Part shown: in pieces, positions 32,811 through 41,544 of the stretch | Layout of the letters: each line of letters opens with the position of its first letter | Numbering within the stretch: position 1 is the first letter of the stretch | DNA from: Parachlamydiales bacterium | Lineage (GTDB): Bacteria > Chlamydiota > Chlamydiia > Chlamydiales > Parachlamydiaceae | Assembly (NCBI GenBank): GCA_020051075.1 | Contig: JAGVJP010000120.1 | Span: forward strand, 1-64,000 | Reading direction: 5' to 3' | DNA: 64,000 nucleotides | Program-made: the position numbers and the translations under genes | The notes under the pieces: model-generated | The model's input: the letters and a program-made list of their open reading frames with translations, nothing else | What the model was told of the DNA's origin: nothing | The model's database searches: none

Positions 32811-33505
32811 TAGATGAGACCAAGGTGGGCAAAACGGGTTTTGAGCTCAAGATTTTCTGGCTTGTCAAAGGCTCCGCTAGAAGCAAGCCATTTCACATAG
32901 TCTTTGGGAACCTTAGCCAACGGGGTTCCTTGGTATTTGCCAAAAGGCATATGTTGCAAAGGAGCGCTTGGCTTGTTTAGGAGTTCATAGATCATATCGA
33001 TTGAAAGATCATCGATCATCTGTTGAAAAAGGTTGTGCAGGACAATGACATCGTCCATTGCACGGTGTGCGTTATTTGCTGGGATGTTGTAAATCTCGCG
33101 GAGAAATTGGAGGGTATGGCGAGGTAAGTCGGGACGATAGCGCCTTGCCCATTTTAAGGAATCCAAAAACTTCCAGGGAGGGAGGTTTAATGAGGCCCTC
33201 TTAAATTCATTGTTGAGAAAGTGATAATCGAAGCTGTCGTTGTTATGGGCGATGAGGACGACATCGCCTTCGCAGAAGGCAGAAAATTCTACCGCAACAT
33301 CTTTGAAACTAGGTGCTGAGGCAACCATTTCATCGGTGATATGGTGTATGGCTGTGGCGTCAGGCGGGATGGGGGTCCCGGGGTTTATAAATGATTCATA
33401 ACGGCGATTGTGAAGAGGGTCATATGCCGCGATTTCAATGATGCGATCTCTGTCTGATTTGATCCCTGTGGTCTCGGTATCATAGTAGATGGCCCTGAGC
33501 GGCAT
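32810..33505 (-). CDS. DnaQ-like DEDDh 3'-5' exonuclease with C-terminal MPFGKY domain
   Basis: DTETTG, AHN, HRAMDDV, MPFGKYQG. Confidence 0.9.
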   Translation of the reverse strand: MPLRAIYYDTETTGIKSDRDRIIEIAAYDPLHNRRYESFINPGTPIPPDATAIHHITDEMVASAPSFKDVAVEFSAFCEGDVVLIAHNNDSFDYHFLNNEFKRASLNLPPWKFLDSLKWARRYRPDLPRHTLQFLREIYNIPANNAHRAMDDVIVLHNLFQQMIDDLSIDMIYELLNKPSAPLQHMPFGKYQGTPLAKVPKDYVKWLASSGAFDKPENLELKTRFAHLGLI

Positions 33506-33507
33506 GG

Positions 33508-34044
33508 CTATTTTGTATCCATGTCTTTTGCTTTCGTGATGATCTCGTCAAGAGACATGCGACCGGTACTAATCGCTTCAATCGAATGAGAGAACATTTT
33601 ACAAATATATTCGGCGGTTTTGATAAAAGCTAATAGCAGCTCCGGATCAATTTTATATTTCGGAGTTGGGATCATCACACGATAGAAGACGACGCCGGCA
33701 GATTCATCCATCCCAAATCCTGGGATGTCCAACTCCTTATTGAATAGATGTAAAAGCCTTGCCATATCGCTCCACACTGCTTTTTTGTTTGCGTCGAGGT
33801 CGTTGTCAGAAGCAGCGGCTGATTGGGTGTTTGGAGCCAACAAAGGGTTGGATTCCAATTGGCAAGGGATGAATACAAGCAGTTGTAAAAGCTCTCCCTG
33901 CTCATATACTCTCAAAAACAGCGGGAATTCTTTTTTCTCTATTTTTAGAATAGTATACGCTTGCTTTGTATCTTTCTGAATTTCTGATAGATAATTATTT
34001 TTTTGTAGAAAAGTCAGTAAATTTTCTGGAGTTAGATTAATCAT
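33508..34044 (-). CDS. Type III secretion chaperone-like protein (YbjN fold; chlamydial Mcsc/CT260-like)
   Basis: RLLHLFNKELDIPGFGMDE motif; position next to dnaQ-like gene. Confidence 0.75.
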   Translation of the reverse strand: MINLTPENLLTFLQKNNYLSEIQKDTKQAYTILKIEKKEFPLFLRVYEQGELLQLLVFIPCQLESNPLLAPNTQSAAASDNDLDANKKAVWSDMARLLHLFNKELDIPGFGMDESAGVVFYRVMIPTPKYKIDPELLLAFIKTAEYICKMFSHSIEAISTGRMSLDEIITKAKDMDTK

Positions 34045-34077
34045 TGATGTTTTCTTGTTAGGTGTTTTTGAGGAATA

Positions 34078-34263
34078 TTAGTAACCGACACCAGGAACAA
34101 TGGTGGTGCTTTGTTTTTCGCACGTCACAGCAGGATTATTTGTGGTTGGAACCAGAGAAAATTCCCCTTCTTGGGGCATCCGATAGCATCCTGTCAACAT
34201 GAGTAGAGAGCAAACGACAGCGTATAGATAAATTCGACTAAATTGTGGTTGCTTCATCATCAC
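34078..34263 (-). CDS. Small lipoprotein
   Basis: LMLTGC lipobox; co-oriented with neighbours. Confidence 0.55.
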   Translation of the reverse strand: MMMKQPQFSRIYLYAVVCSLLMLTGCYRMPQEGEFSLVPTTNNPAVTCEKQSTTIVPGVGY

Positions 34264-34317
34264 ATCCTATGTTTAGGAAAACAATAACGAGGGAATGATA
34301 TATTCTGCAAGGACAAT

Positions 34318-34758
34318 TTAGGAATCGGTGATTTCAAAAGTGGCAATGTGGCTGACGGTTGAAGGGGATTCAGCGATCAATAAGCTGCTCCCTTGAATTT
34401 CGACGAGGTAAAGAGTGCATCGTGGAGAGAGGTGCCGTGTTTCAACGAGTTTAATATCACTAGAGATGTTCATCTGCTGGACGCGGGTTCTCATCATCTT
34501 CTTCAGCGCCCAAGAGGCTAAAATCATAAAACCAATCAGAAGTCCGAGGACAACAAGCATGTTCATAAATTTGGCTTCGAAGCTGTCTTTTTCTGGTTCC
34601 TTATGTTCATCATTATCGAGGATAATATCAGGATGTTCTTGTTGAGAGACCCAATCTGTCAAAATCCCTTCTTTAATCGTGTTTCCCTGTTTTTCTTTGG
34701 CATAGAGCGAGTAAGAGCAGCAAAAGACTAATAACACCAACAAAAATTTCTTCATCAT
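34318..34758 (-). CDS. FliO-like membrane protein
   Basis: Signal peptide, one TM, then IKLVETRHLSPRCTLYLVEIQGSSLLIA. Confidence 0.7.
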   Translation of the reverse strand: MMKKFLLVLLVFCCSYSLYAKEKQGNTIKEGILTDWVSQQEHPDIILDNDEHKEPEKDSFEAKFMNMLVVLGLLIGFMILASWALKKMMRTRVQQMNISSDIKLVETRHLSPRCTLYLVEIQGSSLLIAESPSTVSHIATFEITDS

Positions 34759-34896
34759 GATTGTCCTAAACGGTCGATTTTAAGCTCACTACACTATGCG
34801 ACGAGTATTTTTTTTTGCAAGCCCTGAAAATTCTTGAGGATTTATCCATCGATGTGGATACTGTGAAGGAATTTCATCTAGATTATAAGGAAAACC

Positions 34897-35394
34897 ATGA
34901 ATCACTCTCGTATATTGGCAATCCTTGGACTCGCTGTTTTTGCAATCATGACCAGGCTGGTCCCACATCCCCCTAATTTTACTGCTATTAATGCCGTTGC
35001 AGTATTTTGTGCTTTTACATTGGGACATTTCGGACTTGCTTGTTGTGTTGTTTATGGAGCGATGTTCATCACCGATCTGATCTTTGGGATCCATTCTCAG
35101 ATGCTATTCGTTTACGTCAGCTTAGGCTTGACTTTGTGTCTGAATCGTTTTCGCATCAACTCACTGATTGCTCTCCCTTTCTCAGCTCTCATTTTCTTTT
35201 TTGTCGTCAATTTTGGAGTATGGCTGATTGACGGTTTCTATCCACCCACATTCTATGGATTAGGACTTTGTTATGTAGCTGCTCTTCCTTTCCTCATGAA
35301 TCAGATAATCAGCACATGTTTGTATGGTTTTGTTCTATTCAAAGGTTTTGATTTATTGGAAAGGCACGTTACAGGAATTCAAGAAAGCTATTAG
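34897..35394 (+). CDS. Putative vitamin transporter membrane protein (DUF6580 / S-component-like)
   Basis: RLVPHPPNFT, FFFVVNFGVW, GLGLCYVAALPF. Confidence 0.75.
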   Translation: MNHSRILAILGLAVFAIMTRLVPHPPNFTAINAVAVFCAFTLGHFGLACCVVYGAMFITDLIFGIHSQMLFVYVSLGLTLCLNRFRINSLIALPFSALIFFFVVNFGVWLIDGFYPPTFYGLGLCYVAALPFLMNQIISTCLYGFVLFKGFDLLERHVTGIQESY

Positions 35395-35409
35395 GAGAGA
35401 TCACTCATT

Positions 35410-36192
35410 ATGCATGAAAGACCTCTTCTCACCGTAGGTGGACTGATTATTGCTTCAGATGGAGACCTCTTATTAGTCCGATCAAAAAAATGGCATGATC
35501 TCTATTCAGTTCCAGGAGGCAAAGTCGAGCTTGGAGAGACGCGTGAAGAGGCTCTGCGCAGAGAAATCTGGGAAGAAGCACATGTGAAAATTTTAAACAT
35601 CCGCTTTGCAACGATTCAAGAATCAATCTATTCACCTGAATTTTGGCAGAAAAATCATTTTGTCATGAATGATTATATCGCAGATCTTGATCCCGCTTTC
35701 CGAAAAGATCAAGTCATACTAAATGATGAAGCTTACGCCTATTGCTGGGTGAATCCCCTTGAAGCGTTGTCCTTCCCTCTTCATAGGGAAGCAAGAGAAT
35801 TGATCAAATGGTATATTGCGCATGAGTTGAATAGACGGGCGGGGATTGTTGGATTTGACCAACATCAAATCGATTGTATTGTTGGGACCCTCCCTGAGGA
35901 ACGGGTCAAAGAGCAACTTCTATGGGTCGATTTGAAAGTTAAGATAGACTTCTCTCCTTGCCTCCAAAGCGGATCGATCGATAAGACCGTCGACTATTCT
36001 CGATTAGCTTCTTTCTGTACAATGCTTGCACGCAATACACAATATGAACTCATCGAGTCTCTAGCATCCGATATCATTGCTGGATGTTTCGAACAGTTTA
36101 ATGCAGAATGGGCCTGGGTTCGTGTGAGGAAGCCTTCAGCTATTCCTACTGCCGCTTATGCTTTTGTTGAAATGGAACAGAGTAGGAGATGA
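35410..36192 (+). CDS. NUDIX hydrolase fused to dihydroneopterin aldolase (FolB)
   Basis: GGKVELGETREEALRREIWEE Nudix box; GTLPEER, TVDYS, LIESLA, RKPSA FolB motifs. Confidence 0.88.
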   Translation: MHERPLLTVGGLIIASDGDLLLVRSKKWHDLYSVPGGKVELGETREEALRREIWEEAHVKILNIRFATIQESIYSPEFWQKNHFVMNDYIADLDPAFRKDQVILNDEAYAYCWVNPLEALSFPLHREARELIKWYIAHELNRRAGIVGFDQHQIDCIVGTLPEERVKEQLLWVDLKVKIDFSPCLQSGSIDKTVDYSRLASFCTMLARNTQYELIESLASDIIAGCFEQFNAEWAWVRVRKPSAIPTAAYAFVEMEQSRR

Positions 36193-36204
36193 TCCCGTTT
36201 TAAT

Positions 36205-36549
36205 TCAAAGTCCCAAACAAAGTTTTATTGAAGCTTCTACCTCTTGGATTTTCAAAGAATCTAATTCTCCAATCTTCCCTTTAATCCTGATTTTATCAAC
36301 ACACCTAACTTGATCAGTCATGACCTTTCCTTTCTTTCCATTGACATCGACAAGAATCTGAAAAGGGTAAATATTTTGTATTTGGCTTGTAATTGGAAAA
36401 ATAATGACTCGAGGCATTTTTTTGTTGTAAGCATTAATGGAGAGAATAAGACAGGGACGAGTTTTTTTTATTTCAGTGCCTAAAGTGGGATCCAATTCGA
36501 TCCAATAGATTTCTCCTCTTAAGAGAGCTTTATCTTTGCTCTTCGTCAT
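36205..36549 (-). CDS. MazF/PemK family toxin
   Basis: RGEIYWIELDPTLGTEIKKTRPCLILS, PITS, DQVRCVDK. Confidence 0.93.
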   Translation of the reverse strand: MTKSKDKALLRGEIYWIELDPTLGTEIKKTRPCLILSINAYNKKMPRVIIFPITSQIQNIYPFQILVDVNGKKGKVMTDQVRCVDKIRIKGKIGELDSLKIQEVEASIKLCLGL

Positions 36550-36817
36550 ACCATTCCCATCCTTCAATTTCATTTAAATTATCCGATTCCATCCATTCTT
36601 TAGATTCTTGATTAGAGCGCTCATCTTTTGCAGCAGACTCAAACATCGCCTCTAATTCCAATTCTCGATTTTTGTCCAATTCGTCTAATGCTTTCTCGAC
36701 CGCTTCGGCTGTAAACTTACTGAATAGACCCCTTGCTAATGATTTGTGCATCCTCTGAAAAAGATGGACAGGGATAGATAAAGTCATGTTTGTGGTATTT
36801 TTATTGGTATTTTTCAT
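36530..36817 (-). CDS. Cognate antitoxin (RHH-like N-terminus, acidic C-terminus)
   Basis: Overlaps toxin start; MTLSIP...SKFTAEAVEKAL. Confidence 0.75.
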   Translation of the reverse strand: MKNTNKNTTNMTLSIPVHLFQRMHKSLARGLFSKFTAEAVEKALDELDKNRELELEAMFESAAKDERSNQESKEWMESDNLNEIEGWEWYDEEQR

Positions 36818-36925
36818 GTTGGTGTTACTCCCGTTTTCTCATCTTTATGATACAAGTTACGTAATTAATAATCAAATATTACTTAATGAAATGTTTAGTA
36901 TTTGGCTATTTTCATAATTGACCCT

Positions 36926-37036
36926 AAGCGACGTCATCTGTCATTTCAAAAAAGTAACGCTGCCAGAGCCATTTCTTTCCATCCCTCTTATCCTTCCCAT
37001 CCTGTCAATTTTTACAGGATAGGAAAGATAGGGCAG
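36926..37036 (+). repeat. 111-bp dispersed element, copy 2
   Basis: 106/111 identical to 3421-3531. Confidence 0.9.
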
Positions 37037-37141
37037 AAAATTTTCATCTCTGAGATTTGGGTTTGCCTTTTAGAGTAGTTTACTCTAGATTATCTGAGTT
37101 AAAAAAGATGACAGAATCATTGGCGTTAAAGGAAATCATTT

Positions 37142-37852
37142 ATGCGAGCATTAGTCACTGGGAGCGCAAAACGGCTTGGCTCGGCCATTGCCATCACTCT
37201 TGCAAAGCTGAAATATTCTGTGGTCGTCCACTATCGGCATAGCCTGCAAGAAGCAGAGCAAACAGCACAGCAATGCCGTGCTTTAGGGGTTGACGCAGAG
37301 CTAATTCAAGGAGATTTGTCAACACCTGAACAAGCCTCAGTGTTTGCCGGCCGCTATCTCGATCAATATTCCGACACAACTCTTCTTGTTAACAACGTGG
37401 GAAACTATCTCACCAAATCTGTGGAGAACACTTCGGCTGAAGAATGGCTAAGCATTTTTAATCTAAACTTACACGCTCCCTTCATTCTGACTAAAGCCTT
37501 GATTCCATCTCTTTTGCGTCAGCATGGTCAAGTGATCAATCTCGGTGTTTGCGGATTATTAACGAATAAAGCGCCTCTCTATGCATCTGCTTACATGATT
37601 GCTAAGCATGGGTTGTGGGACCTCACCCGTTCATTTGCTCGTGAGTTAGCTCCACAAGGTGTCAGGGTGAATATGGTCTCACCTGGACAGCTTGACATCT
37701 CCGTTGATTTACTTGAAAAAGAGCTTAGGCCTCCCATCGGATTCCCCTCCACATGCGAAGAGGTATGTCGTGTGATTGCGTTTTTAGTCGATCCAGTGAA
37801 TCGCTCGATCACAGGACAGAATATTGAAGTGGCAGGAGGGTTAGGGTTATAA
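37142..37852 (+). CDS. SDR oxidoreductase, pteridine reductase/FolM-like
   Basis: TGSAKRLG, VHY, YMIAK, VRVNMVSPG, ITGQNI. Confidence 0.8.
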   Translation: MRALVTGSAKRLGSAIAITLAKLKYSVVVHYRHSLQEAEQTAQQCRALGVDAELIQGDLSTPEQASVFAGRYLDQYSDTTLLVNNVGNYLTKSVENTSAEEWLSIFNLNLHAPFILTKALIPSLLRQHGQVINLGVCGLLTNKAPLYASAYMIAKHGLWDLTRSFARELAPQGVRVNMVSPGQLDISVDLLEKELRPPIGFPSTCEEVCRVIAFLVDPVNRSITGQNIEVAGGLGL

Positions 37853-39345
37853 TGGATTCTAATATGATTCAGCAAGAATGTTATAAAGAACTCCTAACGT
37901 GTGCTTTAGCAGCCGGCAAGCTGATGCAGAGTGAAAAAACAGGGTTTGTTCACTATTATCCTAACGAAGAAGAGTTGGGGCATTCTCAAACAATACCGGT
38001 TGTTGAGAATGTGTTATTCGCGCTTGCTCTCTTTCGTACACACAGCATTGAAAATGTTCAGGAAGGGAAAATCATTCTAAAGAAAGTGCTCTGCTTTCAA
38101 ATAGGGGATGATAGGGAAGGGGGCGGAAACTTTCCTGTATTTCTGCATGAATACCCCAATGGGCGGGATCCTGCTACAGCCCTTTATTTATTAGCTCCTT
38201 TCTATTGGATTCTCAAACTCTATGGCCACGTCATTGGAGCTGAATTAAAACTTCTCATTGAGCAGGCGGTTGTAAAAATCTTTGATTTTGTTTCAGTCCA
38301 TCACATGTCTCATCATTATCCTTATTTCCTGGCTGTTCGGCTCGCTTCCGCTCAATATGCTTTTGGCAATTTGTGGAATGAACCAAAGAAAGTTCAGGCG
38401 GGAAAATCATGCTTAGAAGGCCTCCAACGCGATCTCTTAGATGGGTGGTCTTCGACAGCACAACTTGGCGATCTATTAGCAGGTTTATATATGGTCTACC
38501 CCTCATTGGCTGAAAGTCCTTGGAACGCCCTCTGGAGTTTTATGGAGAAGACCTGGCATCCGCTGACAGGAGCATTTATCGGTCCATGTGTTCGCGAATG
38601 GCAGCGTGGGAACGAACCAAAACCCAATCTTTATGATCTGTTTGCCTGCACTTTCTCTGGTTCCTTTCCCAAGCGCACTTTAGTTCCTCGCCCCTTTCAT
38701 TTACAAGGAGTTCTCATCCCCCCTCCAACCGAACGATTTGCTCAGGCTGACAAAACAGAAATCGTTCATGGAGAATATCGGAAGCAAAAGTGGACCTTGA
38801 TGACATCTGCTCAATGGGCTTTGACGGCAGTAGAGAAAAAAGAGATCATCGACCCTGCTGTAGAAAAGACATTTACCCCTTTCAGCATTTTTTGGGGGAA
38901 CAAAGAGGCGGTTCATACGTTCGTTTGCCAAGGGGGGCGCTATACTGAAGTCGACTATTCTATTGAAGGGAACCGCTTGGATTTCTTGTTCACATTACAT
39001 CCAGATCCAGATGTTGAAGATCGTGAAAGAAGAAAGGAAATTGAATTTTTCACTGATATTTCCGCTGAATGTCAATTCACTGTTGATGGGCGGTCTTCAA
39101 CGACATTTGAAATAGAAAAACCACTGAAAATTATCTGTGGACCACTTTGTTTGTCATTTGTCTTTAATCTAGTTGAAGGCGAAGGGGATTTTTTAGGGCA
39201 CCTGATGCAAGGAAACCGCCCTTCGCAGACCTTGAATAAAGGAGAAAAGAGGTTTAATGCATATGATTGGACCTATTTTCTCCGGACGATACGAAGAAGC
39301 CATCGCTGCAAGTTAAAAGGAGAGATCACCTTCGAACAGGTGTAG
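37852..39345 (+). CDS. Hypothetical protein (497 aa)
   Basis: Long ORF translationally coupled to the SDR (TAATG). Confidence 0.7.
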   Translation: MDSNMIQQECYKELLTCALAAGKLMQSEKTGFVHYYPNEEELGHSQTIPVVENVLFALALFRTHSIENVQEGKIILKKVLCFQIGDDREGGGNFPVFLHEYPNGRDPATALYLLAPFYWILKLYGHVIGAELKLLIEQAVVKIFDFVSVHHMSHHYPYFLAVRLASAQYAFGNLWNEPKKVQAGKSCLEGLQRDLLDGWSSTAQLGDLLAGLYMVYPSLAESPWNALWSFMEKTWHPLTGAFIGPCVREWQRGNEPKPNLYDLFACTFSGSFPKRTLVPRPFHLQGVLIPPPTERFAQADKTEIVHGEYRKQKWTLMTSAQWALTAVEKKEIIDPAVEKTFTPFSIFWGNKEAVHTFVCQGGRYTEVDYSIEGNRLDFLFTLHPDPDVEDRERRKEIEFFTDISAECQFTVDGRSSTTFEIEKPLKIICGPLCLSFVFNLVEGEGDFLGHLMQGNRPSQTLNKGEKRFNAYDWTYFLRTIRRSHRCKLKGEITFEQV

Positions 39346-39349
39346 ACAT

Positions 39350-39670
39350 GATAGGCAAAAAACAAGATTAACAAGATGGACAAAAAACAGGATAGGCAAA
39401 AGGGGCAAAACAGGATAGGCAGGATAAAAAAACAGGATAAGGAGGATGGGAAGGATAGGAAAAGATAATCAAATGGGAAATAAGTCCTTTCTTGAATAAT
39501 AAAAGAAATAGACAATCATCCTCTATTTTTTTTATCTTTCTTATCCTCCTTATCCTGTTTTTTTATCCTGCCCATCCTGCCCATCCTGCCGCTTGCGATC
39601 CTGCCTATCCTGTTTTGCCCCTTTTGCCTATCCTGTTTTTTTTTGTTTTGTTTATCCTGTTTATCTTGTC
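39350..39670. repeat. Large inverted CAGGATA-type element between convergent genes
   Basis: Purine-rich left arm (39350-39470) and pyrimidine-rich right arm (39520-39670); core at 39582-39604. Confidence 0.9.
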
Positions 39671-39675
39671 GCGCG

Positions 39676-40575
39676 CTACGGTTGGAGGGTTGGGCTGTCA
39701 GTCGCAACGCCCATCGCATGGAGGCCATTATCAACATAGAGTACAGTTCCGGTAATAGCTGAGGCGAGTGGAGAAGTTAAAAAGGCAGCAGTGTAGCCGA
39801 CTTCTTCTCCGCTTAGAACCTTTGTTAATGGGGCATTAGCGGTGCTGTAATCGATCATTTTATCAATGAATCCAATGGCTCGGGCTGCTCTGCTCCTCCA
39901 TGGGCCTGCTGAAATGGTATTGACCCGTATTTGCCATTCCCTGCCAGCTTCCCAAGCAAGTGTTTGAGTGTCGCTTTCTAAAGCTGCCTTTGCTGAGCTC
40001 ATGCCCCCGCCATATCCTGGAATCACCCTTTCGGAAGCAATATAGGTTAGGGATAGGGCAGATCCTTCAGGATTGATATAGGGGCCAAAATGAGAAAGTA
40101 AACTGACGAATGAGTAAGAAGAGGCACTCATTGCCGCTAAATATCCCTTCCTTGAAGTCTTAAGGAGGGGGTTTTGGACTTCAGGGGCATTTGCCAAGGA
40201 ATGCACAAGGATGTCAATATTGCCAAAATCTCGGTGAACTGCGGCGGCAACCTCGGAAATCGTATAACCTTCGACTTCTTTATACCTTTTATTGTCTCGG
40301 ATCTCTTCAGGCACATCTTCTGGTTTATCAAAGGAAGCATCTAAAGGGTAAATTTTGGCAAATTCTAGCAATTTTCCGTTAGATAGTTGTCGAGATCCAT
40401 CGAATTTTCCAGCATTCAAACTTGAGGTAAAGATTTTTAAGATAGGAGTCCAAGTTCCAACAAGAATCGTGGCGCCGGCCTCAGCGAGTGCTTTAGCGAT
40501 AGCCCATCCAAACCCTTGATCATCGCCTATACCAGCAATAAAAACTTTTTTTCCTTTCAGGTTGATTGTCAACAT
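39676..40575 (-). CDS. fabI: Enoyl-ACP reductase (chlamydial/plastid type)
   Basis: [37 protein letters not shown]. Confidence 0.96.
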   Translation of the reverse strand: MLTINLKGKKVFIAGIGDDQGFGWAIAKALAEAGATILVGTWTPILKIFTSSLNAGKFDGSRQLSNGKLLEFAKIYPLDASFDKPEDVPEEIRDNKRYKEVEGYTISEVAAAVHRDFGNIDILVHSLANAPEVQNPLLKTSRKGYLAAMSASSYSFVSLLSHFGPYINPEGSALSLTYIASERVIPGYGGGMSSAKAALESDTQTLAWEAGREWQIRVNTISAGPWRSRAARAIGFIDKMIDYSTANAPLTKVLSGEEVGYTAAFLTSPLASAITGTVLYVDNGLHAMGVATDSPTLQP

Positions 40576-40704
40576 AGCGCCTCCAAACGTAAAATTTTGG
40601 CATCATATTAAAGCGGTTTGAGCTTAATTGCAAATTTTTTATGTCTACAAGGATTGATATGAATATATTGGATGAGATATATGTTAAGTCTATAACCAAT
40701 CCAG

Positions 40705-41544
40705 ATGGACTCCAAGATGAAGGCATTCCGTGACACGTTTTTGACTTTAGCCAAATTTTTTAATTCTGGTTTTTTGTTTTTGATTTTCCTTTTCCAAGGA
40801 GTTCCGAACAGTGCCTTGAGTGTCAACGCTATTTTTATTCCCACTCAAGAGGCGTTGATTCCTTATTACAATACAGACCAGGCGGTTATGGTTGCGAGCA
40901 CAGGTCGTTCGGGAAGTTCAATCCTATGCCAGTCTTTGTATAGCTGTGCTCCTCATGATTATTTACTCCTTAAGACGCATATATTACCTCCAAAAAAACA
41001 TTTTCTGGGCAAGATCATCTTTATTTTTTCTAATCCAGATAAATTTGCTGAATCCGTATTGTATCTCACCCTAACTGATCCTCAATGGATTAGGTTAGCT
41101 TTTTATCATATAGAATCTTCCGATAAAGAGTGGCTGAAAAAGATCGGAACAACACCTGAGCAAACAGAAACAGAAAATTTATTGGCTTATGATGCGTTAG
41201 GTTATTTTGAACAACTAAAGTGTTGGTTTTATGACCGGACAACACCATGTGAATTAAACGAAGCCCAAATTTTGGCGGTCAAGTACGAACATTTATGGGA
41301 GCCGGCGACTCAACAGGTGATCGAAGACTTTTTGTTGTTTGAGAATTTATCACTTCCACCTCAGCGAGAAAGAGGGCGCAAATGGGAGGTACTTACTGAA
41401 AAGGAACGTTCGTTCAGAACTCTATATAATACAGGAACTCAGCAAGATCCACGTTATGCTGCTTATGATGAGGCTCGACTGCTTTGGGAAAGTGCCCCTC
41501 CCTTTCAATTTCTATACATCAATGATGAATCAGAAAAAAGCTGA
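40705..41544 (+). CDS. Hypothetical protein, sulfotransferase-like fold
   Basis: STGRSGS, LKTH, FIFSNP, VKYEHL in the order seen in PAPS sulfotransferases; N-terminal hydrophobic segment. Confidence 0.5.
   Translation: MDSKMKAFRDTFLTLAKFFNSGFLFLIFLFQGVPNSALSVNAIFIPTQEALIPYYNTDQAVMVASTGRSGSSILCQSLYSCAPHDYLLLKTHILPPKKHFLGKIIFIFSNPDKFAESVLYLTLTDPQWIRLAFYHIESSDKEWLKKIGTTPEQTETENLLAYDALGYFEQLKCWFYDRTTPCELNEAQILAVKYEHLWEPATQQVIEDFLLFENLSLPPQRERGRKWEVLTEKERSFRTLYNTGTQQDPRYAAYDEARLLWESAPPFQFLYINDESEKS

Noticed and set aside
39350..39755. ORFs 39273-39515, 39492-39755 and 39516-39737; also 48432-48809, 48707-48949, 59177-59386 and 31589-32023
   Set aside because: They are translations of the repeat elements (recurrent PAACDPAYP, ILLIL, QDKQDK) or of the queC duplicate, not credible genes
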